A DNA stretch of 64,000 nt from Candidatus Uhrbacteria bacterium RIFOXYB12_FULL_58_10 (GTDB taxonomy: Bacteria; Patescibacteriota; Patescibacteriia; UBA9934; GWF2-40-263). The DNA is taken from NCBI GenBank assembly GCA_943354165.1, contig CALRBH010000002.1, positions 5,734 through 69,733 on the forward strand, in the 5' to 3' direction. Position numbers and translations under genes: made by a program. The notes beneath the pieces are model-generated. The model did no database searches, was not told the origin of the DNA, and saw only the letters and a program-made list of their open reading frames with translations. This document shows, in pieces, positions 26,971 through 36,296 of this stretch; the stretch's first letter is position 1; every line of letters begins with the position of its first letter.

Positions 26971-27016
26971 GCCGCTGAAACACTACTGCTAACGCAGAAA
27001 TTTCAGCGGTTTTTCA
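26971..27016 (+). terminator. intrinsic terminator (gccgctgaaa ... tttcagcggttttt)
   Basis: Long hairpin plus T-run 20 nt after the pnp stop. Confidence 0.6.
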
Positions 27017-27021
27017 TTTGC

Positions 27022-28296
27022 ATGGAGCGATTATCGATCCCAATGGGAAGCAGAAACAATCCTCAGAACCGCACCCGAGTTGTTTGGGTATGGGGAATAG
27101 GACTTCTTATTGTGATTGGCTGGGCGGCAGGTCACAAAATCAATACCAGCGACCATGTAACGAATACCGTTCCTGAAGATACCGCGATAGTGGCGCAATT
27201 TTCCGTAAAACGTACAGGATGGGATCAAATCAGTAAGGCACTCGATGGAGTGACGCTGATTAGCAATCGTCCGCTTTCCATTCATGAACTTCCATGGTTC
27301 GTAGAGGGTGAATTCGCCATATTCATAAGTTCGCGCGGACACCGGACCATCTCTGTTCATTCAAGCGACAAGCGATTACCGAAATCTCTGCTTGAAAGCC
27401 GAGGTATTGTCGTTCAAAAGACAGGGGACTCCTCCTATCTACTCTCCGATCGTCGCGAAGGCACGACGGGATATTCCATGCCTAATACTAGCCTAATTTC
27501 CGCACTTCACTGGCCGCCAACACGCCTCGGAACCATTGCAATAGATGGCGTGAGCCGCGCGGGAATTATTCGTATGCTTCCAACAGGGAACATGGAATGG
27601 CGGTTTCCCCATGGATCGTCGTTCAAAAAGACGACATTACCTCCTCCACCAAAGGGAACGCTTATTTTTTTGTCCACGCCGGTGTGGACGCAGGCTCCGG
27701 CCCCACTTTTTTCCTCAACAGAGAGCATTCTTTCTTCCCTAGCCACATGGGACGAGCTCACGACAGAAACCAAACAGGCGGAATATGCTGTGTCACGTTC
27801 GGATGAAATGGACATTTTTCTATTCAAGACAAAGGCAAATATTGAACACCCAGAAGAACGAATTAAACTTTTACGACTCGCTTCTGCTGTCCGATCCCCT
27901 AAGACACGAGCCTTTCAGCTTCCAGATGGAGAAACTGTCCGAGAACTTCTTACGGACCCTTCGGCTGTGACCGTAGAATCCGTAAGCATCGCCGGCGCCC
28001 AAGCGGAACGTGTCACCTCTGGAGATCGGGATGGGGAACTCCTCTCCTTAGAGCGGGAAGGGAACTGGTACTACACCAACAGCCGAGCTTGGCTTGAAGC
28101 CGCGGTTTCCGAAACGCACCCGACCGACGGGTTATGCAAAGGCTCACTCATGGGGATGGACACGGCGGTCCTTTCTTCTGCGACCGGCTCTCCACATTCC
28201 TACTGGCCCTACCCAATCACGGATCTTACAAGCACCTACTCCGCCATCGGACTCCATCAGTCCTTCACCGCCACGATTTTCACCTTTTGCAGGTAA
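27022..28296 (+). CDS. membrane-anchored hypothetical protein
   Basis: Start at MERLSIP after the pnp terminator. Single N-terminal TM (VVWVWGIGLLIVIGWAA). No domain recognised. Confidence 0.45.
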   Translation: MERLSIPMGSRNNPQNRTRVVWVWGIGLLIVIGWAAGHKINTSDHVTNTVPEDTAIVAQFSVKRTGWDQISKALDGVTLISNRPLSIHELPWFVEGEFAIFISSRGHRTISVHSSDKRLPKSLLESRGIVVQKTGDSSYLLSDRREGTTGYSMPNTSLISALHWPPTRLGTIAIDGVSRAGIIRMLPTGNMEWRFPHGSSFKKTTLPPPPKGTLIFLSTPVWTQAPAPLFSSTESILSSLATWDELTTETKQAEYAVSRSDEMDIFLFKTKANIEHPEERIKLLRLASAVRSPKTRAFQLPDGETVRELLTDPSAVTVESVSIAGAQAERVTSGDRDGELLSLEREGNWYYTNSRAWLEAAVSETHPTDGLCKGSLMGMDTAVLSSATGSPHSYWPYPITDLTSTYSAIGLHQSFTATIFTFCR

Positions 28297-28338
28297 CACC
28301 TGCCCTGAGCGGAGATCGCAACCGGAGTCGAAGGGTTA

Positions 28339-28425
28339 TGTGGATAACATGTGTGGAAAAGACACAATGTGTGGATAAGTTGTGGGTCACAACAAGAGTT
28401 CGTCAGAGGAAATATTGTATCCACA
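28339..28425. promoter_or_regulatory. DnaA-box cluster (2 perfect TGTGGATAA, 1 GTATCCACA, 2 weaker)
   Basis: Box positions: 28339-47 tgtggataa, 28352-60 tgtggaaaa, 28370-78 tgtggataa, 28381-89 tgtgggtca, 28417-25 gtatccaca. The cluster lies roughly 9 kb from dnaA. Confidence 0.55.
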
Positions 28426-28461
28426 GTGTAAATGCGCTCAATACAAAGCTATAACGACCGT

Positions 28462-28490
28462 TTGACACATTCATTTATTCAAGGTATTAT
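28462..28490 (+). promoter_or_regulatory. consensus sigma70 promoter TTGACA-N17-TATTAT
   Basis: -35 at 28462-67, 17-nt spacer, -10 at 28485-90. Both hexamers are consensus. Confidence 0.6.
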
Positions 28491-28496
28491 ATTGAG

Positions 28497-28880
28497 GTAC
28501 CTGCAACGTTCTTTCCAACACCTCCCAGACTGTGGGAGATTTCCCGAACGACCCAACCACTAAGAGCGTCCCCACTGCTCATAGTGCTCGTCCGGGAGAC
28601 ATCCCACTTCTCTACTGTTCTCTCTCGGTCAGTCCCACCATCAGCGGTTCTCAATTTCGAGAAGCAACCGGGCACGACCAAAGACTGGTAGAGAAGTACG
28701 AGTCACTTCTGAAACGGTTACCGTGAACGTTGATATATGGACGTCGAGTCGCGTGGCGCTTTACCCTGCGCCTTGAGACCCGACGTCTGTCCACCAATCT
28801 CACACCAACCCACTCAGAGGCTCATCTTACGAAAGGCCTCACCCATCTAAAACACTTTTAGGGGTCCGAGGCCTTTTTCT
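28497..28880 (+). ncRNA. candidate structured RNA, ~380 nt (unidentified; alternatively a long cis-regulatory leader of the downstream dksA-like gene)
   Basis: Bounded by a consensus promoter and a strong extended terminator hairpin (28822-28872 plus T-run). No convincing ORF. Many internal helices, for example GGACGTCG...CGACGTCT. It did not fit my mental models of RNase P, tmRNA or SRP RNA. Confidence 0.4.
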
Positions 28881-28895
28881 ATTTCAAAATACCTA

Positions 28896-29375
28896 ATGGC
28901 TCCATATTCACTCCTTCAGGTAAGGGTGGAGAAATCGATCGTCGATGGATTGCCCGAAATCGATCAGGATGATATCGTGTATCTATTGATATATTCCGCT
29001 ATGGATCAAGCATTTTCTGACAAGATGAAGTCCCTTTTGGTTGAAGAAAAGGGCCGACTGGAGCACGAACTCTCCCAATTTGCGCACCGGAACACTCGGG
29101 CAACCTCCACCACGTACGATACGGATTTCCCAAACATTGGTGATAAAGAGGATGAAAACGCCTCTGAGGTTGCACAATTTTCTGACAATTTGTCGTTAGA
29201 AGATGAGCTGGTAAAGCAATTGAGGGATGTGGAATCCGCCATGCGCCAGTTTGAAAAAGGCGTCTATGGCATCTGCAAGTACTGCAAATTGCCGATTGAT
29301 GAACGCCGTCTTATCGCCCGACCAACTTCCAGCTCCTGTATCCAGTGCAAAAAGACGCTTACTCAAGAAATGTAG
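28896..29375 (+). CDS. DksA/TraR-family C4 zinc-finger protein
   Basis: C-terminal CxxC-x17-CxxC (GICKYCKLPIDERRLIARPTSSSCIQCKK) and an acidic coiled-coil N-terminal region. Confidence 0.7.
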   Translation: MAPYSLLQVRVEKSIVDGLPEIDQDDIVYLLIYSAMDQAFSDKMKSLLVEEKGRLEHELSQFAHRNTRATSTTYDTDFPNIGDKEDENASEVAQFSDNLSLEDELVKQLRDVESAMRQFEKGVYGICKYCKLPIDERRLIARPTSSSCIQCKKTLTQEM

Positions 29376-29379
29376 CCAT

Positions 29380-29850
29380 GTGAAGCGAAATAAGGTCGTC
29401 CTTATTGGGATCGTCGGTACCATCGTGGTCGCTGGCGATCTTTTTGTTAAGCGTTTGGCCGTCACAGGATTTCCGTCAGAGGCTTCTGTTCCGGCTGGAT
29501 CTGTTTTTGCCCTGGCGCTTCATAAAAACTTCGGAATTGCCTTCGATATTCCATTCAAATTTCCTTTAGTGGTTATCGCAACAGCGATTATTGGCTCGGT
29601 TCTCATCCATCTTGCCTATAAGAATCGCCTAGATCGTCCCGATCGCACTGCAGCCGCCTTACTGATCCTCCTCGGTGGGCTCGGAAACTTCATTGACCGT
29701 GTTTTTTATGGTTTTACCGTCGATTATCTCCTAATTCTCAATCGACTGGCAATCAATCTGAGTGATCTGCTCATCCTTGGAGGTGTTGTCTGGATGCTGT
29801 TTGGAGACGAAAAACACAAACAAGTTGACACATCGGAAAAAATCGCGTAA
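29380..29850 (+). CDS. lspA: lipoprotein signal peptidase II
   Basis: Conserved GNFIDRVFYGFTVDY and four TM helices. Start assigned to in-frame GTG at 29380, because the long ATG-initiated ORF in the track overlaps the dksA-like gene. Confidence 0.7.
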   Translation: MKRNKVVLIGIVGTIVVAGDLFVKRLAVTGFPSEASVPAGSVFALALHKNFGIAFDIPFKFPLVVIATAIIGSVLIHLAYKNRLDRPDRTAAALLILLGGLGNFIDRVFYGFTVDYLLILNRLAINLSDLLILGGVVWMLFGDEKHKQVDTSEKIA

Positions 29851-29909
29851 TATACCATTATTATCAATGACCTCTCGCATATCTGCGGGAGGTCTTTTGT
29901 TTTTATCCT

Positions 29910-31418
29910 ATGTCCATACGTTCAGCGGCGATCATCGGTATCGAAGCGCATCCCGTAGACATTGAAACGGATATTTCCTTTGGAATTCATGCATTTACGC
30001 TCGTTGGACTGCCTGACGTATCCGTCCGAGAATCTAAAGAACGCATTCGAGCAGCCCTTCGACGAGTAAACCTGCCATTTCCACGCACGCGGATCACGGT
30101 AAACCTCGCTCCAGCCAACGTGAAGAAGCAGGGACCGGTGTTTGACCTTCCAATTGCCATATCGCTCTTATGTGCCAGCGGAGAACTCCCTCAAGAAGCA
30201 TTCGCCGACACCATCATTATCGGGGAATTGTCGCTTGATGGAACCATTAGACGGGTTCCAGGAGTCCTTGCCGTCGCCCTTCTTGCCCGTAAGGCAGGAA
30301 TCACATCGATCCTTGTTCCAGAAGGGAATGCTTCGGAGGCCGCGGCCGTACGCGGAATCACGGTATTTCCTGCACGCCACCTTGCAGACGTAATCGATCA
30401 TGCACGAGGGATAAGACCCATCATTCCAAGAGAAATGAGCGCGGAGGCACGTCTGATCGGTGCGGGAGTCGATCTAAACTGCGTACGCGGGCAGGAAGCG
30501 GCCAAACGCGGTCTGGAGATTGCGGCGGCTGGATCACACAATCTCCTCCTCAAAGGCCCACCAGGGACTGGAAAAACGCTCCTGGCGCGCACCTTACCGA
30601 CGATTCTTCCACCACTTAGCGAAGATGAGTCTGTCGAAGCTACGGCCATCGCCTCCGTGGCCGGAGTTTTGCCGGAAGGCGCAGGTTTACTGACAGAACG
30701 TCCTTTCCGCAGCCCACACCACAGCGCTTCGGCCGCAGCCCTCGTCGGTGGTGGAAATCCACCGCGACCAGGCGAAGTAACCTTGGCCCATCGTGGTGTC
30801 CTATTTCTTGATGAGCTGCCTGAATTCTCAAAACATTGTCTCGATCACCTACGCCAACCACTAGAAGATGGCTCAATTACGATTTCACGAGCTTCTTCGA
30901 GTATTCGCTTCCCATCGCGCTGCATGCTAGTCGCCGCCATGAACCCATGCCCGTGCGGGTTTGCCGATGATCCAGGAAACCGCTGCACCTGTGCCGAACG
31001 ATCTCGCGCCCAATATGCCCGAAAACTTTCAGGTCCGCTCTTGGATCGCTTCGACCTCGTCATCTCCGTTCCAGCCATTGAAAGCGATAAGCTCCTCGGG
31101 ACCGATCTGCCAGAAGGGTCAGAATTTGTGCGCGCCCGCGTTCTTGCAGCGCGCATGATTCAATCAGAACGCTACAAAGGAACTCCATACCCAGCAAACG
31201 CAGATCTTCCAGCCTCCGTCCTCGAACAATTCTGCCCACTCGATCCGGAATCGAAAAATCTCCTGCGTTCCGCCCTCGACGCCGGACATCTCTCCGCCAG
31301 AGGCCTCTCCCGTATACGAAAAGTGGCCCGCACGGTTGCGGACCTCTCGGGAGAATCAATTTTACAAGTACACCATGTTGCCGAAGCGCTGCGATTCCGT
31401 GGAACGGTTATTCGTTAA
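29910..31418 (+). CDS. comM: YifB/ComM family Mg-chelatase-like AAA+ ATPase
   Basis: Lon-like N-terminal domain, Walker A LLKGPPGTGKT, ChlI-type core and C-terminal domain. Confidence 0.9.
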   Translation: MSIRSAAIIGIEAHPVDIETDISFGIHAFTLVGLPDVSVRESKERIRAALRRVNLPFPRTRITVNLAPANVKKQGPVFDLPIAISLLCASGELPQEAFADTIIIGELSLDGTIRRVPGVLAVALLARKAGITSILVPEGNASEAAAVRGITVFPARHLADVIDHARGIRPIIPREMSAEARLIGAGVDLNCVRGQEAAKRGLEIAAAGSHNLLLKGPPGTGKTLLARTLPTILPPLSEDESVEATAIASVAGVLPEGAGLLTERPFRSPHHSASAAALVGGGNPPRPGEVTLAHRGVLFLDELPEFSKHCLDHLRQPLEDGSITISRASSSIRFPSRCMLVAAMNPCPCGFADDPGNRCTCAERSRAQYARKLSGPLLDRFDLVISVPAIESDKLLGTDLPEGSEFVRARVLAARMIQSERYKGTPYPANADLPASVLEQFCPLDPESKNLLRSALDAGHLSARGLSRIRKVARTVADLSGESILQVHHVAEALRFRGTVIR

Positions 31419-31491
31419 TCATTTCGAGAGGAAAAATGATCATAAGCATGCCAATATTCAAAAACGCCCCACAGATGCGGAGCGTTTATGA

Positions 31492-32805
31492 TTATCGGAC
31501 GTAGACGAGTGGATTTTGGAATTTGCCGTTCTTAATGACTTCAAAGTGTAAGTGTGTTCCTGTGGAGCGGCCTGTTGATCCGGTTTGAGCAAGCTTCTGT
31601 CCAACCGTCACAATATCCCCAACGTTCACGAACAGTTTAGAATGGTGAGCATATCGGGTCACGATCCCATTTCCGTGGTCAATTTCAACGGTATTTCCAT
31701 ACCCATTTCGCCAGCCACTATAAATAATGACACCGTCTGATGCAGCAAAACTAAAGGTCGTATAGTCACCATCAATATCTATTCCAGTGTGCTTCCATCC
31801 ATAATACTGGGTAATCACATGCCAGTCCGTCGGCCATACCCATGTCCCAGAACCGGACGTAAATCCGGAAAGAGGAGCGGTATTGGTCGTTGGTTTCCCA
31901 GTAAGAGTCTGGCTGGAAGATGGGGTCTTCACGGCAAGAGGTCGTACGACGGGAGCCGGAACGAAAGGTGGCTCACCATCAGGCAACATGAGTGTTTCAC
32001 CGATCTTTAAGTCATTCGCACTTGCCAGCTTATTAAAGGCAATGATCTTATCTGATTCTGAACCGTAATTCTTAGTGATCTTTGAAATTGTATCGCCTTT
32101 TTTCACGGTATAAAGAACGCCGTTCACTGGGACGATCTTCATATCCTGGCCTGGTTTGATCAAGCTACGAACCGTGAGATTGTTCGCCCATAAAAGTGAA
32201 GTAAGATTTAACCCAAATTTTTGAGCGATTCCATAAAGGGTATCTCCCTCGGAAACCACATAGGTTTCGATGGAAGTCCGGTCCGCTTCAGGGGTATGTC
32301 CTTCACTGATGGAAGGAGCAGACACGGCGGTTCCTCCAACGGTAGTCGTGGCATATCCGTCTCCTTCTGAAAGCGTATCGAGATGAGCTAATGGATCGAT
32401 AGCACCATCATCATATCCATAAGAAGAAGGGCTGATAGCGACAAACTGACCGGCAGAAACCACATCAATGCTCGCGGACGGATCAGTGGCAACGAGCGCA
32501 TACAACATACTATGCGTTCCAAACGTTTCCGCACGAACATCACTGCCACCAATATTTGTTGATCCGGTCATGGTAGCGATCGCAACCACAGCCACGTGAA
32601 TAGCATAACGGTTGGAGATAAAATACGTTACGCGATTCTTTGCTGGCATGAGGATGCGCCCAAGCTGTCGCTTCAAAAAGAAAACAAGACGATACAAAGG
32701 TACGCCAATGATACGAAGCAAAATCCGTCCTACAGCCTTGGCAGGAGCGATGACGGGCTTCATGAGCCGCGGAGCATTGCGCTTAACTGCCACCAGGCCG
32801 TACAA
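31492..32805 (-). CDS. LysM-domain M23 family metallopeptidase
   Basis: Two LysM repeats (YVVSEGDTLYGIAQKFG and YTVKKGDTISKITKNYG). C-terminal M23 motifs (HTGIDI, GNTVEIDHGNGIVTRYAHH, THLHFEV). Start uncertain. Confidence 0.8.
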   Translation of the reverse strand: MYGLVAVKRNAPRLMKPVIAPAKAVGRILLRIIGVPLYRLVFFLKRQLGRILMPAKNRVTYFISNRYAIHVAVVAIATMTGSTNIGGSDVRAETFGTHSMLYALVATDPSASIDVVSAGQFVAISPSSYGYDDGAIDPLAHLDTLSEGDGYATTTVGGTAVSAPSISEGHTPEADRTSIETYVVSEGDTLYGIAQKFGLNLTSLLWANNLTVRSLIKPGQDMKIVPVNGVLYTVKKGDTISKITKNYGSESDKIIAFNKLASANDLKIGETLMLPDGEPPFVPAPVVRPLAVKTPSSSQTLTGKPTTNTAPLSGFTSGSGTWVWPTDWHVITQYYGWKHTGIDIDGDYTTFSFAASDGVIIYSGWRNGYGNTVEIDHGNGIVTRYAHHSKLFVNVGDIVTVGQKLAQTGSTGRSTGTHLHFEVIKNGKFQNPLVYVR

Positions 32806-32977
32806 GACGGAAAGGAGGAAACGAATGAAAAATTGTTTGAGGGTGAGGCGTATATTGATTCTGGATATACCGCATTATCCTCTACCTGGAAAAACCTGCT
32901 TTCTCATACCTTGGTGAGCGACACCCTATCACAAAAGACCCTATTGGTCAATGTAAAAAGGCATATATATGCCTCTA

Positions 32978-33592
32978 TTAAGCCAATTCTTGATGGAAGG
33001 TTTTGTAGCCCATTCTGTGGAGAGAACAAGGGCCGTATTTCTTTATCGCCTCTCGATGCGCGAGCGTTGCATACCCTTTATGAACCTCAAATCCATACCT
33101 CGGATGGTCGATGGCGAGCTCCTGCATGAGCTGATCCCGCTCTACTTTGGCAATAATGGATGCGGCCGCGATCGATTTCACATATCGATCACCTCGAATG
33201 ATTCCGTTTTGAGGAATAAGAATCCCAGGAATAGTCCAGGCGTCTACCAAAACGTAATCGGCCAACATGATATCTTCGACGGCTCGACGCATCGCAAGAA
33301 GAGTTGCACCGCGAATCCCAAGTTCCGTAATTTCATCAACCGTCGCCCCGGCAACGGCCCAGGCAATGCTGCGCTTCTTAATAAGAGGCGCTAATTCCTC
33401 ACGGGCCCCAGCTTGAAGGAGCTTTGAGTCCTGAATACGCCCAAGTCTGGAATCAAGCGGAAGCACGACGGCACCTGCATAAACCGGCCCGGCCAGGGCT
33501 CCAGACCCCACCTCATCGACACCAACAATCATGCGGTATCCTTGCGCGAGAAGCTCGCGTTCCCGATGGAAGGTCGGAGGAGACATATCCAT
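32978..33592 (-). CDS. rnhB: ribonuclease HII
   Basis: GVDEVGSGALAGPV catalytic DE motif, plus DSK and ASIIAKV motifs. Confidence 0.9.
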   Translation of the reverse strand: MDMSPPTFHRERELLAQGYRMIVGVDEVGSGALAGPVYAGAVVLPLDSRLGRIQDSKLLQAGAREELAPLIKKRSIAWAVAGATVDEITELGIRGATLLAMRRAVEDIMLADYVLVDAWTIPGILIPQNGIIRGDRYVKSIAAASIIAKVERDQLMQELAIDHPRYGFEVHKGYATLAHREAIKKYGPCSLHRMGYKTFHQELA

Positions 33593-33703
33593 AATCTAGC
33601 ATACGATTATGGACGACTCCATCTAAGGCCCGTATATCGTTGACGTAGAGCGGCTTTTCCCGTACGCTGCGCGGGATTCTGTAAGTATTATCGACCTAAG
33701 CCT

Positions 33704-34999
33704 ATGGCAACCGCCACCGTTGAACAGCTTCCAAAGGCCGCCATTAAACTCACTATCACCATCCCGCATGATGAGCTTTTGCCTCACCTCGAGGAAGCCG
33801 CAAAGCGCATTTCGGAAAAGGTGAAAATCGATGGCTTCCGCCCAGGACACGCCTCGCTTGAGGTCGTGAAGGAAAAAGTCGGCGAGATGGCTCTTTACGA
33901 AGAGTCCCTCGAAACCGCTATTCGTACTACTTACACGCAGGCGATTCTCCAACACAATCTCAACACCGTCGGCTCGCCAAAAATCGACCTGGTAAAACTC
34001 GCGCCAGGAAACGATGTGATCTACACCGCAGAGGTTTCGCGCCTTCCGGAAGTGAAAACGCTCGGAGATTTCCACAAACTTTCCATCAAGCCACAGGCAA
34101 AGGAAGTTCCGGAACACGACATCGACATGGCCGTGAAAGATCTTCAGCGCATGCGCACGGTTGAGAATCGAAAAGAGGCTGGAGCCGTTGCCGAAGGCAC
34201 GGACAAGGTCGTCCTCTCGGTGAACATGAAGAAAGGCGGCGTCGGGGTGGAAGGCGGACAGTCGCCCAACCACGGCGTTTACTTGGCCGAGGAATACTAC
34301 ATCCCAGGCTTCAAGGAACAGCTGACCGGCATGAAGGAAGGTGACCAGAAAACCTTCACACTCGCGTTCCCTAAGGAACACGCGCTTGCTTCACTCGCAG
34401 GTCACGATGTCGATTTCGAAGTGACCATGAAGGAGATTTTCAAACTTGAAACTCCGCCGATCGATGACGCGTTCGCTTCAAAACTCGGCATGCCAGACGT
34501 TGCTTCGCTGCGAAACCGTATCAAGGAAAACATGACGGCAGAGCACGTACAGGAAGAAGCGGCACGTCAGGAACGCGAAGCTCTTGAAGCCGTCGCAAAG
34601 GTTTCCACCTTTGAAGACATCCCAGATCTTCTCATTAATGAGGAGATCAATAAGATGATCGGCGAACTCCAGGCACGCGTTGAAGAGCAGGGTGCCGACT
34701 TCATGGGGTACCTCAAGTCCATCAACAAGACCCTCGCTCAGTTGAAAATCGAATTCACCCAGCAAGCCCTCATGCGCATCAAAGTTGCCCTCGTCCTGCG
34801 CGCGATCGGCACGCAGGAGAAGATCGAGGTAACGGATGATGAACTTGATGGAGAACTCGATAAGCTCGCCGAGCAGTATGGCAAAGATCCGGAGACAAAG
34901 AAGCGCATCTACGCCCCGGACTACCGGGAGTACATGGAAAGTGTCCTCAGCAACCGAAAAGTGGTCGCGTTGCTCTTGAAAGAGATGGTAAAAGCGTAA
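33704..34999 (+). CDS. tig: trigger factor
   Basis: 431 aa with ribosome-binding N-domain (FRPGHAS motif), FKBP-like middle domain and C-terminal arm. Confidence 0.9.
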   Translation: MATATVEQLPKAAIKLTITIPHDELLPHLEEAAKRISEKVKIDGFRPGHASLEVVKEKVGEMALYEESLETAIRTTYTQAILQHNLNTVGSPKIDLVKLAPGNDVIYTAEVSRLPEVKTLGDFHKLSIKPQAKEVPEHDIDMAVKDLQRMRTVENRKEAGAVAEGTDKVVLSVNMKKGGVGVEGGQSPNHGVYLAEEYYIPGFKEQLTGMKEGDQKTFTLAFPKEHALASLAGHDVDFEVTMKEIFKLETPPIDDAFASKLGMPDVASLRNRIKENMTAEHVQEEAARQEREALEAVAKVSTFEDIPDLLINEEINKMIGELQARVEEQGADFMGYLKSINKTLAQLKIEFTQQALMRIKVALVLRAIGTQEKIEVTDDELDGELDKLAEQYGKDPETKKRIYAPDYREYMESVLSNRKVVALLLKEMVKA

Positions 35000-35000
35000 T

Positions 35001-35082
35001 AGTTAGTAGATAGTAGTAAGTAGTTAGTAGATTTTCGTCGTCAGTCGACCCTACTAACTACTATCTACTTACTACTATCTAC
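35001..35082. repeat. TAG-rich palindromic repeat, locus B
   Basis: agttagtagatagtagtaagtagttagtag ... ctactaactactatctacttactactatctac, exactly filling the tig-nfo intergenic gap. Confidence 0.7.
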
Positions 35083-35084
35083 GT

Positions 35085-35921
35085 ATGCGATTCGGTGCCC
35101 ATGTTTCAGCTGCCGGCGGCCTATGGAACGGCCCTATCAATGCCGGCGAGATCGGCTGCGAAGTGTTCCAATTCTTCAGCCGCCCTCCGCAAGGAGGCAA
35201 TCCAGCCCCGATTACTCCTGAGGTCGTGACGAAGTTCAAGGCGGCCATGAAGGAACATGGCCAGAAGGATTGCTATATCCACGCGCCCTATTTCATCAAC
35301 CTCGCTTCAGGAACCGATCGTATTCGCAAAGGTTCCCATGCCGTTCTTCGCGAAGAGTTGGAGCGTGGATCATTGTTAGGCGTACGTGGAATGATGTTTC
35401 ACCCGGGTTCAGCAAAGGATGTCGGGCAAGAAAAAGGAATCGAAATGGTGATCGAAGGACTAAACAAAATCATGGACGGATACAAAGGCTCCTGCCAGCT
35501 CCTCGTCGAAATTTCGGCGGGCGCAGGTGAGGTTATGGGCGATACGTTCGAAGAAATCGCCGCATTTTTAAAGGGTGCCGAACGCGGAAAGGAAATCGGC
35601 GTGTGTTTCGACACTCAGCACGCCTTTGCATCGGGTTACGATCTGCGCGATGTGAAAGCCGTGACCAAAACCTTCAAGGATTTCGATAAAATCGTCGGCC
35701 TTGATCGCCTTGTCGCAAGCCATTTGAACGATTCGAAGATAGAACTCGGCGGCCATAAGGACCGACACGAGAGCATTGGGAAAGGACTGCTCGGAAAGGA
35801 AGGGATTAAGGCCGTAACGCAGCACAAACCTCTTAAACACATCGACCTTCTCCTCGAAACCCCGGTCGACGAAGAACGCGCTGGCGAACTTAATCTTCTC
35901 AAGAGCTGGAGGAAGGTATGA
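35085..35921 (+). CDS. nfo: endonuclease IV (AP endonuclease family 2)
   Basis: TIM-barrel xylose-isomerase-like fold motifs (HAPYFINLAS, MMFHPGSA, LVEISAGAG, CFDTQHAFASGYD). Confidence 0.85.
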   Translation: MRFGAHVSAAGGLWNGPINAGEIGCEVFQFFSRPPQGGNPAPITPEVVTKFKAAMKEHGQKDCYIHAPYFINLASGTDRIRKGSHAVLREELERGSLLGVRGMMFHPGSAKDVGQEKGIEMVIEGLNKIMDGYKGSCQLLVEISAGAGEVMGDTFEEIAAFLKGAERGKEIGVCFDTQHAFASGYDLRDVKAVTKTFKDFDKIVGLDRLVASHLNDSKIELGGHKDRHESIGKGLLGKEGIKAVTQHKPLKHIDLLLETPVDEERAGELNLLKSWRKV

Positions 35922-36145
35922 TCGTTACCGTTCACGCGAAGCCCGGCGCGCGAGAAACGAAAGTTGGCCCATGGCTCGATGATTCGACGGTTAAAATTAG
36001 CGTGACGGCCAGGGCGGAAGGAGGGAAGGCGAATGAGGCGGTCATCAAAGCCCTCGCGGAACACCTCAACCTCGCCCCTTCGACGCTTCGACTGGTTCGC
36101 GGGGCGACGACGAGGATGAAGCAGATTGAAGTCCCTTCGAAATAG
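35918..36145 (+). CDS. DUF167 (YggU) family protein
   Basis: 75 aa. VHAKPGARETKV ... VTARAEGGKANEAVIKALAEHL is the YggU signature. 4-nt overlap with nfo. Confidence 0.7.
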   Translation: MIVTVHAKPGARETKVGPWLDDSTVKISVTARAEGGKANEAVIKALAEHLNLAPSTLRLVRGATTRMKQIEVPSK

Positions 36146-36210
36146 ATGCAACGAACAATCTTTCAGAACGATATATAGGTGTAACTCACTAATACAAAGG
36201 GGAGTGTCCT

Positions 36211-36261
36211 ATGAACGAAGTCTGTCCTGTTTGTAAGAAAGATCCTTGTCAGTGTCCGTAG
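36211..36261 (+). CDS. 16-aa cysteine-rich peptide MNEVCPVCKKDPCQCP
   Basis: Strong SD (aaagggga) 7 nt upstream of the ATG and a dedicated intrinsic terminator 3 nt after the stop. CxxC-x4-CxC spacing. Below the ORF-track length cut-off. Confidence 0.35.
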   Translation: MNEVCPVCKKDPCQCP

Positions 36262-36263
36262 TG

Positions 36264-36296
36264 AAGAAAAACGCGCCTCCAATGGGCGCGTTTTTA
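36264..36296 (+). terminator. intrinsic terminator (aaacgcgcc-tccaatg-ggcgcgttttt)
   Basis: Read directly. Confidence 0.6.

Noticed and set aside
28532-28726. Small ORFs inside the candidate ncRNA (28532..28726 +, 28487..28681 -, 28737..28886 +)
   Set aside because: No RBS. One runs through the terminator hairpin. The region is better explained as structured RNA.
28497-28880. Identification of the structured transcript as RNase P RNA, tmRNA or SRP RNA
   Set aside because: A CUAAGAGCG segment and GUCCGGG / AACCGGGC segments superficially resemble RNase P CR-II and P4 strands but occur in the wrong order and positions. No tmRNA tag reading frame or TPsiC-like 3' arm. No SRP GGAA-tetraloop domain IV. 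Left as unassigned pending an Rfam search.
33623-34381. 252-aa minus-strand ORF
   Set aside because: Antisense to trigger factor.
35636-36151. 171-aa minus-strand ORF and other overlapping ORFs at 35270..35840
   Set aside because: Antisense or alternate frames of nfo and the DUF167 gene.
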